NCBI RefSeq assembly: GCF_006345805.1
Contig: NC_043001.1
Coordinates: 34,720,001-34,784,000, forward strand
Direction: 5' to 3'
Source of the DNA: Octopus sinensis
Taxonomy: Eukaryota
DNA length: 64,000 bases
Position 1 is the stretch's first letter, and the number at the start of each line of letters is the position of its first letter. Below, one piece after another: positions 13,451 to 26,881 of this stretch. Below the pieces are notes generated by a model, which saw only the letters and a list, made by a program, of their open reading frames with translations, ran no database searches and was not told the DNA's origin. A program made the position numbers and the translations under genes.

Positions 13451-13948
13451 GCATATATGGGTACAGGGCGTCACCAACAGTTAGCAACATGCAATATGAA
13501 AGCAAATGGATTCAATACGGAAACAACAAGATAAGTAACATATCTACTCCTATATATCTACATTAAACGACAATATGAGTCTTCGAAAATACTTACTCCC
13601 ATAAAGAAACTGAACGAAAGCAAACATGGAGGGTTGTTAGACCAGGACGAGGGTAAACCAGCGAACGCTGGAGAAATATTTTCTTTCACAAGAGAAAAGA
13701 TAGAAAAGTGAGATAGGATACGTGCTGTCCTTAAGACAGTCCTGAAATAAAAGAAAGATGACCACGCGAGGAAGAAAAAGATGGACGATTGTCACGTGTG
13801 AGCAATGAGAGAGAGAAACGGAGAATGAAGGAGAGAGAGATAGAAAGCGGTGAAGGGGAGGAAAAAGGGAATTAGTGAAAAGATGAGAAAGAAAACAGTA
13901 TAGACTCGCATCAAAAAGATAAAGATAAACTTCAATTAAGTTTCTCTC

Positions 13949-14042
<94 letters not shown>

Positions 14043-14046
<4 letters not shown>

Positions 14047-14185
14047 TGTGCTACCTTGCAGCACGAGTTTAATTCGTTCCATGACCGAGCTCGTTTTAGG
14101 ATTTACTCGTTTTACAATCAATTTTCTTCATTGAAATTAACTAAAATATAATTAATCCGTGCCAGCCCGCATAACTAATCCCAAT
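14043..14185 (+). mobile_element. pogo/Tigger-like DNA transposon terminal fragment
   Basis: ta-ctgtgctaccttgcagcacgagtttaattcgttcc next to a TA tract resembles pogo/Tigger TIR-proximal sequence. No partner TIR was found. Confidence 0.4.
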
Positions 14186-14497
14186 TATTTTTTCATGGGT
14201 TTTGAAACAGAAGAGATGTAGTTACAAATGACAATTATAGAAAAGAAAATGCAAAAGAAATATGTAAACTCATTTTATTAACTGAATTACCTTAAAGATG
14301 GGACGTTTTGTGCGTGAGGAAGACGGTAGAGCAGGGAGGAGAAGGATTACTGTTTGAAAGGAGTATCTCCTTGCATTAAGACTTCGGGAAGAACAGTTTC
14401 TGTCTTTTTTTTCTCTTACTTCGCTTAATTTAGGCCCTTTGGAATACTTTCTTCACGTACACACACACACACCACACACACATATATATATATGTAA

Positions 14498-15010
14498 GCG
14501 TGAAATTAACGGTGGAACCCGAAGCTGTCCTGCGAAGCTACACAGAGATTGTCTCAATGCGACATGTCAATTACTAGGAGAGGCAGAAAACAGTTAAGGT
14601 TCTTCTCTCTAGAACAAAGATGGGAGAAATATGTAGTGATATACAGTTAGAAAATCCTGGAAGGGCTTATACCAAACATTGGCATCGAAATTCACAAAAA
14701 CAGCCGAATGCCACAGCATACTGTCAAAGATCCCCAAATAGCCATCGGAAATACAGAACCATATAAAACATATAAAAATCTTGAGAGAGCTATATGAGGT
14801 GGCTGTAGTTATCTTCAAACCCAAACTGGATCTCGTCCTGTCAAGAGTTCCGGATTAATCCACCTCGTGGCAGGAAATGCAGACGAGGGCAGGAACATAA
14901 AACTATCGCATTCACCAAATGTCAGTCTGAGGGGTTTCAAATAATGAAAGTATAACAAGGCTAAGGGCGGTGCCCCAGCATGGCTGCAAATCTCGAGCTA
15001 GAACTACTAA
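14498..15010 (+). mobile_element. CR1/L2-group LINE 3' end (RT C-terminus plus 3' UTR)
   Basis: Frameshifted peptide pieces EAVLRSYTEI..VNY*ER, (W)KILEGLIPNIGI and IFKPKLDLVLSRVP match ELEAVQRS..NYWERL..YSLERRRERY..WKILEGL..FK.KLD..L..VPD. Confidence 0.75.
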
Positions 15011-16246
15011 AATTATAGTTATATGGTTAGAATATTGCCTACTTCCAGCCATTGAATGATCTGTATGGCAGCTTGATCTGCAGCAAAATTATCTTTATAT
15101 ATCACCATAACATCTTGAATGGGGATGACTGTTTAGCTAATATTGTCCTAGATACACAATGCTTATACCGAGCATGCTTTTGATAATAAGTGTCTTCAAT
15201 TATGTCGAGAAATAAGGACATAGTATTATAAATTCAAATACAGGTATTCAACTGTAGAAGACAATTTCATTTGCATTTCGGCCGAAACAATTGTTAATAT
15301 TCCTCATTTAAACCGCATATTAATGTTAAAATGTATTCCATATCCAAAGCAAGAAACTTGTATAAATTTACAATGTAAAATTTTTCTGTACAAAGACGAA
15401 AAGCACATTAAAAATTACAGGAAAAATGCTAACTTTTCAATTACGTAAAAGTCACAAGAAATGTTTTAGCTGAAATATTAGAAAAAAATTACAAGTAGCT
15501 AGCTGTGCAGTATCAGTGCATAAATAGCAGCACAATCGGTGTAGATGTATCCGGAGAATATTATGACACCTGAATGAAAAAGTTTGCGGGGTCTGGGAAT
15601 TGCAGTGAGTAATCAAAAGATATGTTTTCATGTACATGTCAAAAGCTGGTAAAAATATAATCTGATTGTAAATATGAGTGAACGCAATAGAAGATTTGAT
15701 CGTGCATGGTATTGGAAGACATTAGTTTTCCGTTGTATTATTGCCATAAGAAGCTCGCTACTTGTTTAGGAAACAATCTAAAACACAAATTACTAGTTAG
15801 AGAAACACTATAAGAGATGAAAGCACTAACTATATTGAGACGTAATGCGTATCGCCACTTAAACATGGCTGTTCCGTGGAGACTGACATTACTGTTATTT
15901 TTAACCCAAGGAGGATGCCTCCTCAAGCAGGTTATTCGATGCAGTCTGCAAGCAAGGGATTCAACCCTACCAACATCCAGCTACGAGCCTATTGGGCCGT
16001 ACGGTTTCCATTTCTTTTCTAACAAACTAAAGTGCTTATTGTAAGATCAGTGACCGTATGTCACTCATTGCAAGCTGGATTTGACTAGTGCTATTTCCAC
16101 TACCAATTATGACCACAAAGAAGCTGTCGAAACAGTACGCATTTATATATATATTATATACATATGTAGTTCAAATTTACAGCAAAAAAAAGACGAAGGT
16201 GTAGGAAAAGCAATATATATAGATGTATATATACATATATATATAT

Positions 16247-16324
<78 letters not shown>

Positions 16325-16329
16325 CGCAA

Positions 16330-16475
16330 AAGTGACTCGGTGGTAAGAAGCTTGCTTCCCAGCCATCCCGTTCCGGGTTCAGCCCCATTGCCTATCAGAT
16401 TCGGCAAGTCTTGTCTACTACAAACATGGGCCGATCAGACCTTTTCGAGTAGAATTCGTAGATGTAACTTGAAAG
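16330..16475 (+). mobile_element. SINE family B 5' half
   Basis: gtggtaagaagcttgcttcccagcc...ccgggttcagcccc...ggcaagtcttgtctacta. Confidence 0.7.
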
Positions 16476-16570
16476 CATCCCTTCACACACACATACAATA
16501 CATACATACATACATACATACATACATACATACACACATAATAATACCTACCTGCATGCAGACATATATT

Positions 16571-16614
<44 letters not shown>

Positions 16615-17680
16615 TATATACATATAAAAAAATGAGACAGGAACACAAAACATCCAGATAAACGATACACAGAAAACAAGGACGGGTCATTCGGAGTTTT
16701 CTTTCCTCAGTCGAGTTCCAGATTATCTTTGTAATTTCGGTTGGTTATACACGAGATTGCTCCAATCTGGCCAGCCCCAAGGTAAAACTAAGCGATGAGC
16801 ATTAGATCCTTGGAAGAAAACAGCGAATATATGCGAAAACAAGGACGGAAAAAACAGAGAAATGGTACACAAATACAAATGCAAACAAGAGGACATAACA
16901 ACAGGTGTCTTTCGACTAAGGACGAAGTAAAGTAAGCTGGCGTGTGTAGAAGTAAAGCCTTATGGCAGGGACATAAGATTTGACAGGCACGGGGAGAAAT
17001 ATAGATGTTGCATGGAAGGTAGTCGAACTAAGAGAGAAAAGCCAGTGTTGACCGAACTCTGGTCACGTGGGGAGAAGAGAGAGAGAGGTAGCGGCAGAGG
17101 GTTAGGGATAGAAGAATTAAGGAGAGGCGAGAAAAAAAAATGAAAGGAACACAGTGAAGTGAAAGCGGTTGGAAGGTGAGCATGAGGAGAAGACCAAGAA
17201 ATGTGGAGAGAGGGGGAACGAAAGACGGAGGAGTGGAATGAACGAAGTAAGTGTGAAAGGGCTGATAGAAAGAAGGAAAGAATGAAAGAATAGAAGGACT
17301 AATAGAGTCGTACAAATGTTTTGAATCATTTTACGTTTTTAAATCGCAACAGGCGATGTAGATTTGAACAATTTGAATAAATTAGCGTCTTTTCCTGTTC
17401 TGCTGTACTGAAAATAATTATTGCTAATTATATTCATTTAAATTTTGCTAAAATATATAGCTATAATAGCCAAATTATATTGTGTGTACCTAGCTTCAAC
17501 AGCTGCCTTATTCACAAGTATGAATATGAGAATGATTTTTTAAAGATAAAAATCAATTTGTTTAATAATACAGAATTATTAAAGAATCAAAGTTAACCAA
17601 ATATGAGCTACTTCCGCTTCCGTTTAAACTTTTCTTCGCAATAGTTACTGAAAAGTGTATATGTATATATACACACACAA

Positions 17681-17734
<54 letters not shown>

Positions 17735-17999
17735 TTTGTCTTTTCCTTCTTTTATTTCCTCGAAACACACACCGTAGACAAATACGCTACAAAATACGCT
17801 ACCATACATACACACGCTAGCACACACACCGCACGCTACAATACACACTCACGCGTGCGTACACGCATACTGACAATTTTCGTAATCCCTTGTTCCAGGA
17901 AGCATTTTCTCCTTATTCCTACTCCCGGTCATTTACTTCAAATGTGTAACTGCACGAGATTGTCGGGAATTTCTTTCCTCCTTCGTCTTGAACTTTCCT

Positions 18000-18075
18000 G
18001 TTTCTTCCGAAGAAGAGCTATGCTCGAAATGTAAAACTTTTACACTTTCCTTTCTCTGAGCGTCTTATTATTACA
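18000..18075 (+). ncRNA. Degenerate HHR-like motif (GAGC/GCTC stem II family)
   Basis: CCGAAGA-A-GAGC-tat-GCTC-GAAAT ... gagc-GTC. Confidence 0.45.
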
Positions 18076-18168
18076 TTCCTTAAGCCACATCCAAACGTTT
18101 GTTTTTTTCTTTTTCTCTCCTTTTTTGAATTGCTTATATATTTGTGTATATATATATATATACATACA

Positions 18169-18310
<142 letters not shown>

Positions 18311-19539
18311 GCAAAAAAAGTCAAGGTAGGAAATGCTAAAATAATATTGTATAAAACATTTCAGTACCGGTTTCAGTCACTGAGATTTTTTCGACTGTAT
18401 GTCTGGAAAATAATTAAATTTTTGAGAAATTAAAAGAAAGATTTTTTAAAGTTGCATAGTATTCAAATACAAGGGACATATATATATATGCAAATCAATT
18501 TGTTTACAATATATCGCTGATGAATGCGGGTCTTAACTGTCACCTCACTGTGCAGGTGCGTGTAGATGATGAGCCGCCTTGGGTTAAACTAGTAGTAATA
18601 TTCCTCTGCCACGTTACAATTTTATTCAAATTGCTTTCAAATTTGACATATGGATTAAGTTTTGTATACTAATTATGAAAATGAAATTATTTTTCCTATA
18701 ATTTGGAAAATTGGGGTATTTTAGCCAATCCGAATCGAATATTTTACACATCACTCTGGTGAAGAACTCTGTCTCCATAGTATACAAAGCAAAGCAGCAT
18801 CACATGTTCCATAGCTGATTGCGAAGAACTCTGTTTCCATAGTAACCAAAGATGCAGCGCATGCGCACAAGGAATGTAGGCAACAAATGCTGGTGTGGGA
18901 CACACTGTTCCATGGTTGTCTCATATCTCCGTGAATTTATGTGGAAAAAGATGTACGAGAATGATAATTTATTTTATAAAATCCTAGAGTGTATTTAAAA
19001 CTTTTTTAAACAAATAAATACCTGTTTTAAATAATGCTTTGATTGTTATTTTTAGCAATTTCTGTTGGTTTGTTCGTAGCTTTTAAATGCTTAATTCGCT
19101 CGCGAATGTTTTAATGTTAAATTTGCATGAATATATTTTTATATTTTGACTGTTATTTCTTACAACTCGTGTTGGTTTGTTCGTGGCTTTTAAATATTTA
19201 ATTTGCTCGCGAATGTTTTCTTTTTATTCACTGTTTACTGTAGCTAGTTTAATGTTTTGACATGCCGATGCCCCTGCTCCAATGATGGAAGAGGCAGCGA
19301 ACCTGTTGTTTTCTGATGGGCTGAAAATACTGAAAATTTTCAAAATTTGAACACCTGTTACACTTCTGTAAAACTTTTCTGGAGTAAATGAATATCAAAT
19401 TCGGATTCAGCGTCAAATAATACATCTATACGATACATTAAAAAAATCTTTTTGAAGATAATTGTAAACAGTGACGAAAACCACAAATATATAAGATGTA
19501 TATATATATATATATATATAATATATATATACATACATA

Positions 19540-19619
<80 letters not shown>

Positions 19620-20029
19620 ATATATATATATATATATGTATGTATATATACACACACATACACACGTACACACATACATGTTTTTATATTGTCCTTCTTG
19701 TAGTCTTGCACTAGCGGGTAAGCTAGGGTACAGCCTTGAAGTGTGTAGTCAACATTTATTTTTGAAAGAAAGTTTTGTTCTATTGGATTGTTTCCCTGCA
19801 CCGCTACGTCACGGGGTCGAAAATACACCAGTTGTTAACCTGTGAAAATGAACACAAACGCGAGGACTTACTTACACGTACGTACTAGAATTTTGGTCGC
19901 ATTCCTCTTTTGAAAATATATACTTCCCTACACTACCACCATGTTTGAAGAGCCTAGAAATTGCCATCTTTACTGATTTCCCGTCTAAATTAATAAGCTA
20001 AAAATCAAGTAATTACGTACGTAAATGAG

Positions 20030-20160
20030 TAACTAACCAGTTAACTAGTTAACTAACTAACAAACTAACTAACTAACTAACTAACTAACTGGCTAATTAG
20101 CTAGCTAGCTAACTGACTAACGAACCAAATAACCAACCCTTCAACTAACTTATTAACTAC
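20030..20160. repeat. (ACTA)n microsatellite
   Basis: Direct reading. Confidence 0.9.
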
Positions 20161-20530
20161 TTTATGTTAGTCTTTGTGTGTATGTAGTTTATTGGAGCTT
20201 CGTCTTAGACTGAGCGCAGGTGGAAATGAATTTGAAGGATTTTATAAGATGAAGTAGCTATTAGATATATCAAATGGGTTAATGAGATTATTAAAATAAA
20301 TTTGTAATTCGTAATTAGAAATAGAGACATGGATGCGCATCTGTGTAAAACACTTTAAGCATTTTGCTAATGAGCCGGAAATTAATAAAATTAATGCACA
20401 AAATAGATATTCTACGCATTTTAAAAGAATTCTATTTTCACTATAAAACTGGTACAGAAAACCAGGAATGCAGATATATTTCTAAAGAACTGCTTGGTGG
20501 ATATATTTGCGTAAACTAATCTATATTCTA

Positions 20531-20657
20531 TATACATTTTATCGAGAATATGTTGTCTATTGACTTTTTACATTTTATCGACTTTTTATACATGCTAGGC
20601 CACTGGTGGTGAAATTTCTAAAAATATTCGACATCCTGTATATTTCACGTATTTATA

Positions 20658-20701
<44 letters not shown>

Positions 20702-20801
20702 GTAAAATATATAGGATGGCGAATATTTTTAGAAATTTTACCACCAGTAGCCTAGCATGTATAAAAAGTCAATAGACAACATATTCTCGATAAAATGTAT
20801 A
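20531..20801. repeat. Long inverted repeat centred on (AT)n (foldback/MITE-like)
   Basis: Arms 20531-20652 and 20698-20801 are reverse complements over about 104 bp, with 5 mismatches and an 18-bp insertion in the left arm. Confidence 0.9.
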
Positions 20802-20830
20802 CTATTTTATATTGAGTATGCATACATACA

Positions 20831-20926
<96 letters not shown>

Positions 20927-21576
20927 CTTTATCTTTATCTTTATCTAGTTTCAGCTCACGAGCTGTGGCCATGCTGGGGCATATATATATAATATATATA
21001 TATATGTACACACATGCATTTATTTTGTAACTGGTTTCATTAATTGAAGAATGTCAAACATGGGTTACCATTTTCAATGTTTTTCTCTCATTATGAAATC
21101 AAAATTTAGTAGATATTTTAATTTGATACTTACCTTATCTAACTCTCTTCGTTGATCCACTAATTCACGTGGCACAAACAATGAAACCGATGTTGTTTTA
21201 GCCGATGCAGTCGTAAACACAACTACAGCTTAGACTTTCTTCTATAAGAATATAAACAACACGTACGCGTGTGCAGAAAAAACACAGACATACACACACA
21301 TACAACTCCCCCACATGAACAGAGACCATGTGGCAGGCTTGGTAATTTGTAAGAATTCTAGGCATGAAAACTATAGTAGTCTCGTTAAATCGCATATAAA
21401 GAATATTAATTCACAAATGCAATATTCAGAACTCATTGTCATTGTTCGACGTTAGCGTCTGTAGTATATATATATATATATATATAATATATATATATAT
21501 ATATTATATATATATATATATGCTTTTGGGGCGAATTGTTTTTGTATGTATATATACATATATGTATATAGATACA

Positions 21577-21770
21577 TACGAAGGGGTGCTGAAATGTTCC
21601 TGGATGGGAGTACAAATAATTAAAGGGCCATCAGTTAATTATGATTTTATGCAACATATTTCTCTCTCAGATTCACATACTTATTGCAGCAGTCCTTCAG
21701 CTTTTTCTATGCCCAGCACAGAATGTTGCGCCTCCAACCAAGCCTTTCGTGACCCCTTTAAACGAACGGT
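21577..21770 (+). mobile_element. mariner-type non-autonomous element, left end
   Basis: TA followed by cgaaggggtgctgaaatgttcctgg, a typical mariner TIR. The right TIR is absent. Confidence 0.65.
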
Positions 21771-21922
21771 TAAACGAACGAAAGATCTAATAAAAATTAT
21801 CCAAAATTCCGACTGCCTCCTTTTTCGTTATATATATATCTCTATATATAATATATATATAAAGTTGAAATTTACAGAAAAGCAGAAGACGAAGACAGGT
21901 TTATGAACAACAAGCAGGTGTA

Positions 21923-21986
21923 TTTGTTTGACGCTCGGGAAAGTACGTCTTTACATTTCAAGTCTACGCTCTTCAGCAGAAAGAAG
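21923..21986 (-). ncRNA. Degenerate HHR-like motif (GAGC/GCTC family)
   Basis: Minus strand: cttcttt-CTGCTGA-A-GAGC-gtag-ACTT-GAAAT-gt...gagc-GTC-aaacaaa. Confidence 0.5.
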
Positions 21987-23483
21987 TATGAAAAAAAAAG
22001 GGAGAGAATGAAAAAATACTTGTGGATTTAACACAACATTATCTGAGGCAACTGTCAATTTTCGGAGCCTTGGGTCAACGCATAATTTGTGAGTGAAAAT
22101 AGGTTGACAGAAACTGAACAGAAAACCATTGGCTGAACCGTACCTATATGCTGAGGGTCCAGCCTTGTAACACCGCGTCTCGCCGATTCCACAAAGGATT
22201 ACAATAAATGCTAAATCAATGAGCTTTGTAGTATAGCTGTTCGAACAAGTTGAATATGGACAGATTTGGCCAAGATCATGTATTTTTCTAAAATATAACA
22301 AACCGTCTAATATGGAAGAAAACAGAAAAATGCTGTAACACAGTTTATTGGAATCAAACATCATTTAAGAGGTGAGTTGCATAACCGTGCTAACCATTAT
22401 ATCAAGGGGACATTACAACTTTAAGCGGGCAAATTATATATGTGTGTGTTTGTGTGAGTATGTGTGTGCATATGTGTGTATATATGTATATAGTAACCAT
22501 GCTTTAGGTGACGATCTCTCTCACAGCATTACGTACACAAATACGTACATATATAAACATTAACATACATTTAGACATCGACAAGAATTGAATGTCCAAT
22601 ACAAATGTAGTGTAAATTATGTATATATTCACATAGCTAATGTATAGATTAACTCTTCGTACCTAATACTGTTATTTCTATACAGACACAGGAATATAGA
22701 ACAGTCAGATGGACACACATACAAATACACACGCACACACACATGCATAAAAAGGATTTTCCTTTGTATTTTCTAAGGAAAATATAGTACTTTGCTAAGT
22801 GGAAGGGAACATAAAGAAGCGAACAATCATCAAATTTGCTTTTCTGACAAGAGATATTCTCGTACAAATTTGTTACATGATAAAGTTTACAAGACTCTCA
22901 GCTATATTAGTTGTGATAGCAGTTAGTCGTAAATAGATTCCCCAAGGCAGTAAATGGACCAGATAGCAAACATAAATGGAGTTATTAGAACTTTATATAC
23001 TGGATCGATGAAACGAGAGAAAAAGGTTACACCGTGGTAAATGTGCTATTTTATGCACATCAACAGAATCAACACAATACATCATTTCTTATCCTAAGGT
23101 GAATACGTTGAAAGAGAATTTTTAAGAAAGTAAACATTCCCTCTTGCAAGTTCATATTTGCTAGTAACATTCTCCTTTAGACACAATACTTATCCTCGAC
23201 TTTGGTCGAACATTTGTGAGCCAATTTTATTTTCCATTGTTTTCCTTTATTTGCCTTGATATTGTTGTTATGAAGTTTTGTGGAGAAACGATGAAATTTG
23301 CTCAAACATTCTAGAGGTGAATGCTCTTGATTGAAAATGATTGCAAATGCATGAATATAAATATTTTCTCCCTTCTTACTGTTTAAAATTTATTCATTCT
23401 AAGCTTCTTAATCTATTACTTTCTCTCTCTTGCTCTCGCTTTCTCCCTCTCGTGCACCTTTTCCTTCTTCAAATTATTTCTAG

Positions 23484-23636
23484 GTCTCCAATATTTATTC
23501 CAACTAGTCACAATGGGATTCTCTTAACCATCAAAGAATATTGACTGGAAACCATGGCAACAGGCATGGTCTATGGAGGCAAAAATCAATTAATACATTT
23601 CGCAAAATTGAATAAGTCGCTGTGCTGAGAGAACAG
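23484..23636 (+). other. Possible non-coding exon
   Basis: Long pyrimidine tract plus ctag acceptor and an acag|gtaatc donor. All three frames contain stops. Includes accATGG opening a 24-codon ORF. Confidence 0.2.
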
Positions 23637-24703
23637 GTAATCTAAACGTTTGTCAAGCAAACACATACATTCCATTTTATATATTTTATTAATCAGTTGC
23701 ATTAGAGCAATGGACTGATTGGAGCCTCGAAGTATCTAGTTTCACTACTCTACGTTCTAAGTTCAAATCCTAGTAAGGTCAATATCGCATTTCATCCCTC
23801 AAAGGTTGATAAGATAGTGTGACAGTCAAGTAATGTTATTGACATTTTTGAGTAAATCCATTCCATCAAAATTGCTGCACGTGTACCTAAATTAGAACAA
23901 TCAGATAAATAATTAGATGTATATTAATTGAGAGTGTTAATTCCGAAACTATTTCTGCGTATATTGAAACGGAACTTGTGTGCCAGTTGTTTCTTGTTGA
24001 TTATCAACATTGATAAACATTTTTGAGGAGTACTTTTTCATAAAAAAATAAAGCAAGGCATGATAACCGACTCTTTTATGACGCTGCATTCATTCCGCCT
24101 ACACCAGACTCCTAATTCCTGCAAAAATTTATAAGCGATTCCTTACTCTCTGAATAAACTATAAATATTTCCAAAATTTAAATTAATTGCAGGGAACTTG
24201 AATTTCCTCACATACAGTTTACATTTGATTAGACACAAAGGTCCTATAACCTGCCAGAAGTGGGTCAGTGGACTGGGTTCATATCTTGAATATTTTCAAA
24301 AAATATTGTTATTGATTGCATTTTTCATCACGATAAATTATGACATGTTCTATTCAGCGTTTACTTTCCGGCTTACATGTTTTGTGAAAAATAAGGATGG
24401 TTTAAAAAAAAAAGAACCAAATTTTTTAGTACTCCATAATCTCTCTATATATCGATCCTTCTTTTCTGGACGATAAATTCTAGATTCTCAGTGCAATATA
24501 GAAGTAATATTTAGCCTTATTAATCAGTAGCAGGTATAGGAAATAACAAAAAACACTGATTATCCGACTGTACAACGTAAGAAGAATGTAAGAAGGGTGA
24601 AAATTATTGATCAGATTGGTTGAAAAAGCGGTCAAAGTGAAATTTGGATTCTCAATCAAGTCATTTATGTTATAAATGTGAGTGTGCGTGAATATATGTG
24701 TGA

Positions 24704-24761
<58 letters not shown>

Positions 24762-25315
24762 AACATACATTCAACATGAGCACTGGAAGCTGGTATGGTC
24801 ACAATAAAATGTCTATTTATTTTTAGGGGTTTCCTGCACACTGGAACGTGGGATTCGCTACGGGCCTTTTTTCTTGGGAAACAACGTTTTCCCCCTACAC
24901 TTAGTATTATTAACCCACGGTGATCCAATCGATCTCAGAAGTTTAGCAGACTGGTTGTTTCAGCTTTATTTTAATCCTCTGTCATTAACATCATCTCAGT
25001 CATTTGGAGCAAGACAGGAGCTTCTATTGGTTAAGAGATTAAGTAATATTTTATCTTAGGTACACTAAGGATAATGTAACGTTAGATACACTGCGTGGAT
25101 GAAAGCATAGCAGAATGTTTAAGAATGTTTCTTTGCAACAGTGAGTTTACATTTTCGATCACAGCGCATGCGGTTAGGGAAAGTGTACTTTGCCACAGTC
25201 TCCACTCGATTTTTGACTTGTGGGTAAAATTAGATTTATAAAAACTCTGTGGAAGTAAGTTTGATGGACTAGACATGTAATTTGAAAGGCTTTTACAGTC
25301 AAATATTCTGCCCAG

Positions 25316-25680
25316 CAGGCGGCGCGTGGCTTAGCAGTTAGGGTCTGGGACTCACGATTGTAAGACTGTGATTTCGATTTCTGGACTTGGCGGTGCGTTT
25401 TTTCTTGAGCAAAACATTTCACTTCACGTTGCACTAGTTTACTTACCTGTAGAAATGAGTACCACGAGTGGAGGTGTGTCGCTTAGTGGTTAGGGTTTCG
25501 ATACCTAGAGAGGGTGATCCATTGCTTTCTTGAGCAAAACACTCCATTTGATGTTGTTTCAGTCGAATCAGCTATAGAAATGAATTTAGCCTGGAGAGGG
25601 ATGGGTTTACACCAGGCTTTGTCACCCCAGATATGTTGCATTGCTGCAGCGCCTCAACGACCCCCAAGGACTTAAGGGAC
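25316..25680 (+). mobile_element. Two adjacent family D SINEs (about 25316-25460 and 25468-25680)
   Basis: tRNA-like heads ggcgcgtggcttagcagttaggg and ggaggtgtgtcgcttagtggttaggg, each with the ttcttgagcaaaaca core. Confidence 0.7.
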
Positions 25681-26190
25681 TTTTTGCTATTCTACCCAGT
25701 TAATACTACTCTAGAATTACTATCAGAAGTGCAGAAATCTGAGGAATAATTAGTTACTTACATATTAATTACTCAGATCGATATTTCAGTTGATCGAACA
25801 ACCTAAAAGTCATTAACGAAATTGATGGATGATCCATCATAAAGGTAAATAGAGAGAAAATCTTTATTTAGTAATAATTATAACACCTTCACTGATATGC
25901 AGTATCAACTACTCTGGAGCTCTACTCTAATGAAATACACAACATATCTAGATTAGACTCATCCATGGTACAGTGATCTAGAAAAAGAAAATTTCATGGT
26001 CACGGCTGGAATGCTATTGGCCATTATTCTAATTAGTTGAAGTTACACAACAATTACAGCAATAACAGCGACATTAAATATAGTATTCAATACTAGTTGA
26101 CAATTCTACTCTTCGTTTATGAAATACTAATTGAATGTTCTCTATATTTCATAAAAAATTCTGTACGCACATAAATTATTATCTATTATA

Positions 26191-26455
26191 GGCACTGGAG
26201 TGGCTGTGTGGTAAATAGCTTGCTTGCCAACCACATGGTTCCGGGTTCATTCCCACTGCGTGGCACCTTGGGGAGGTGTCTTCTACTATAGCCTCAGGCC
26301 GACCAAAGCCATGTGAGTGGATTTGGTAGACGGAAACTGAAAGAAGCCCGTCGTATATGTGTATATATATGTATGTGTGTAAATATGTTTGTGTGTCCAA
26401 CTAAAAGGCGGTGCTCCAGCATGGCCACAGTCAAATGACTGAAACAAGTAAAAGA
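26191..26455 (+). mobile_element. SINE family B with internal deletion
   Basis: Head, CORE-like region and tail present. The segment between the (GT) tract and ctaaaggcgg is missing. Confidence 0.85.
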
Positions 26456-26533
26456 GTATTTGTCAAATAACTTGCTTGATGATTTCTATAAATAACGCCT
26501 CTACTCTTGTCAGATTCATTGGTCCGGGTGGGC

Positions 26534-26582
26534 TTTAACTGAGGATACACGCAATAAGATCGAAACATTGTAGTGTCTCAAA
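26534..26582 (+). ncRNA. Type I hammerhead ribozyme motif, degenerate copy 1
   Basis: tttaa-CTGAGGA-(tacacgcaataagatc)-GAAAC-attgtagt-GTC-tcaaa. Confidence 0.6.
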
Positions 26583-26881
26583 TTACTCTTACACCAATGA
26601 ATCCAGTATGTTATAATCACAAATCGTTTAAACAAAGGTGATATTCACTACTGAAAAAAAAAAAAAACAACAGCAAATAGATACTCACGTTCGAATCTGA
26701 CAGAACGTAGTAAGAACGGTTAGTGAGATTGTTATTTGGATTCTCGCTGTTCTGCAAGCACCTCGTTATTGTTATCGGTTTAACAGACACCAAAGATCAG
26801 CATTCATCAGCACATCATATTTTTGCAGATTTCTACAATCAAGAGTTTGTTCTCCTTTTAGATTCATTTCTGTGAGTTAGC

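Noticed and set aside
16640-16990. Interspersed repeat with CTGAGGA on the minus strand as an HHR
   Set aside because: The GAAA/stem III geometry and stem I do not fit. It is probably a repeat but I could not classify it.
21951-22364. 137-aa minus ORF with GIGET resembling GIY-YIG
   Set aside because: The region aligns better to a diverged family B SINE segment, and other GIY-YIG residues are missing.
24480-24770. Hydrophobic minus ORF as a membrane-protein exon
   Set aside because: AT-rich composition explains the hydrophobicity, it starts in (CA)n, and there are no convincing splice sites.
26689-26835. Minus-strand exon with a gtgagt donor
   Set aside because: All frames from the nearest acceptor contain stops, and it lies inside the HHR repeat pair.
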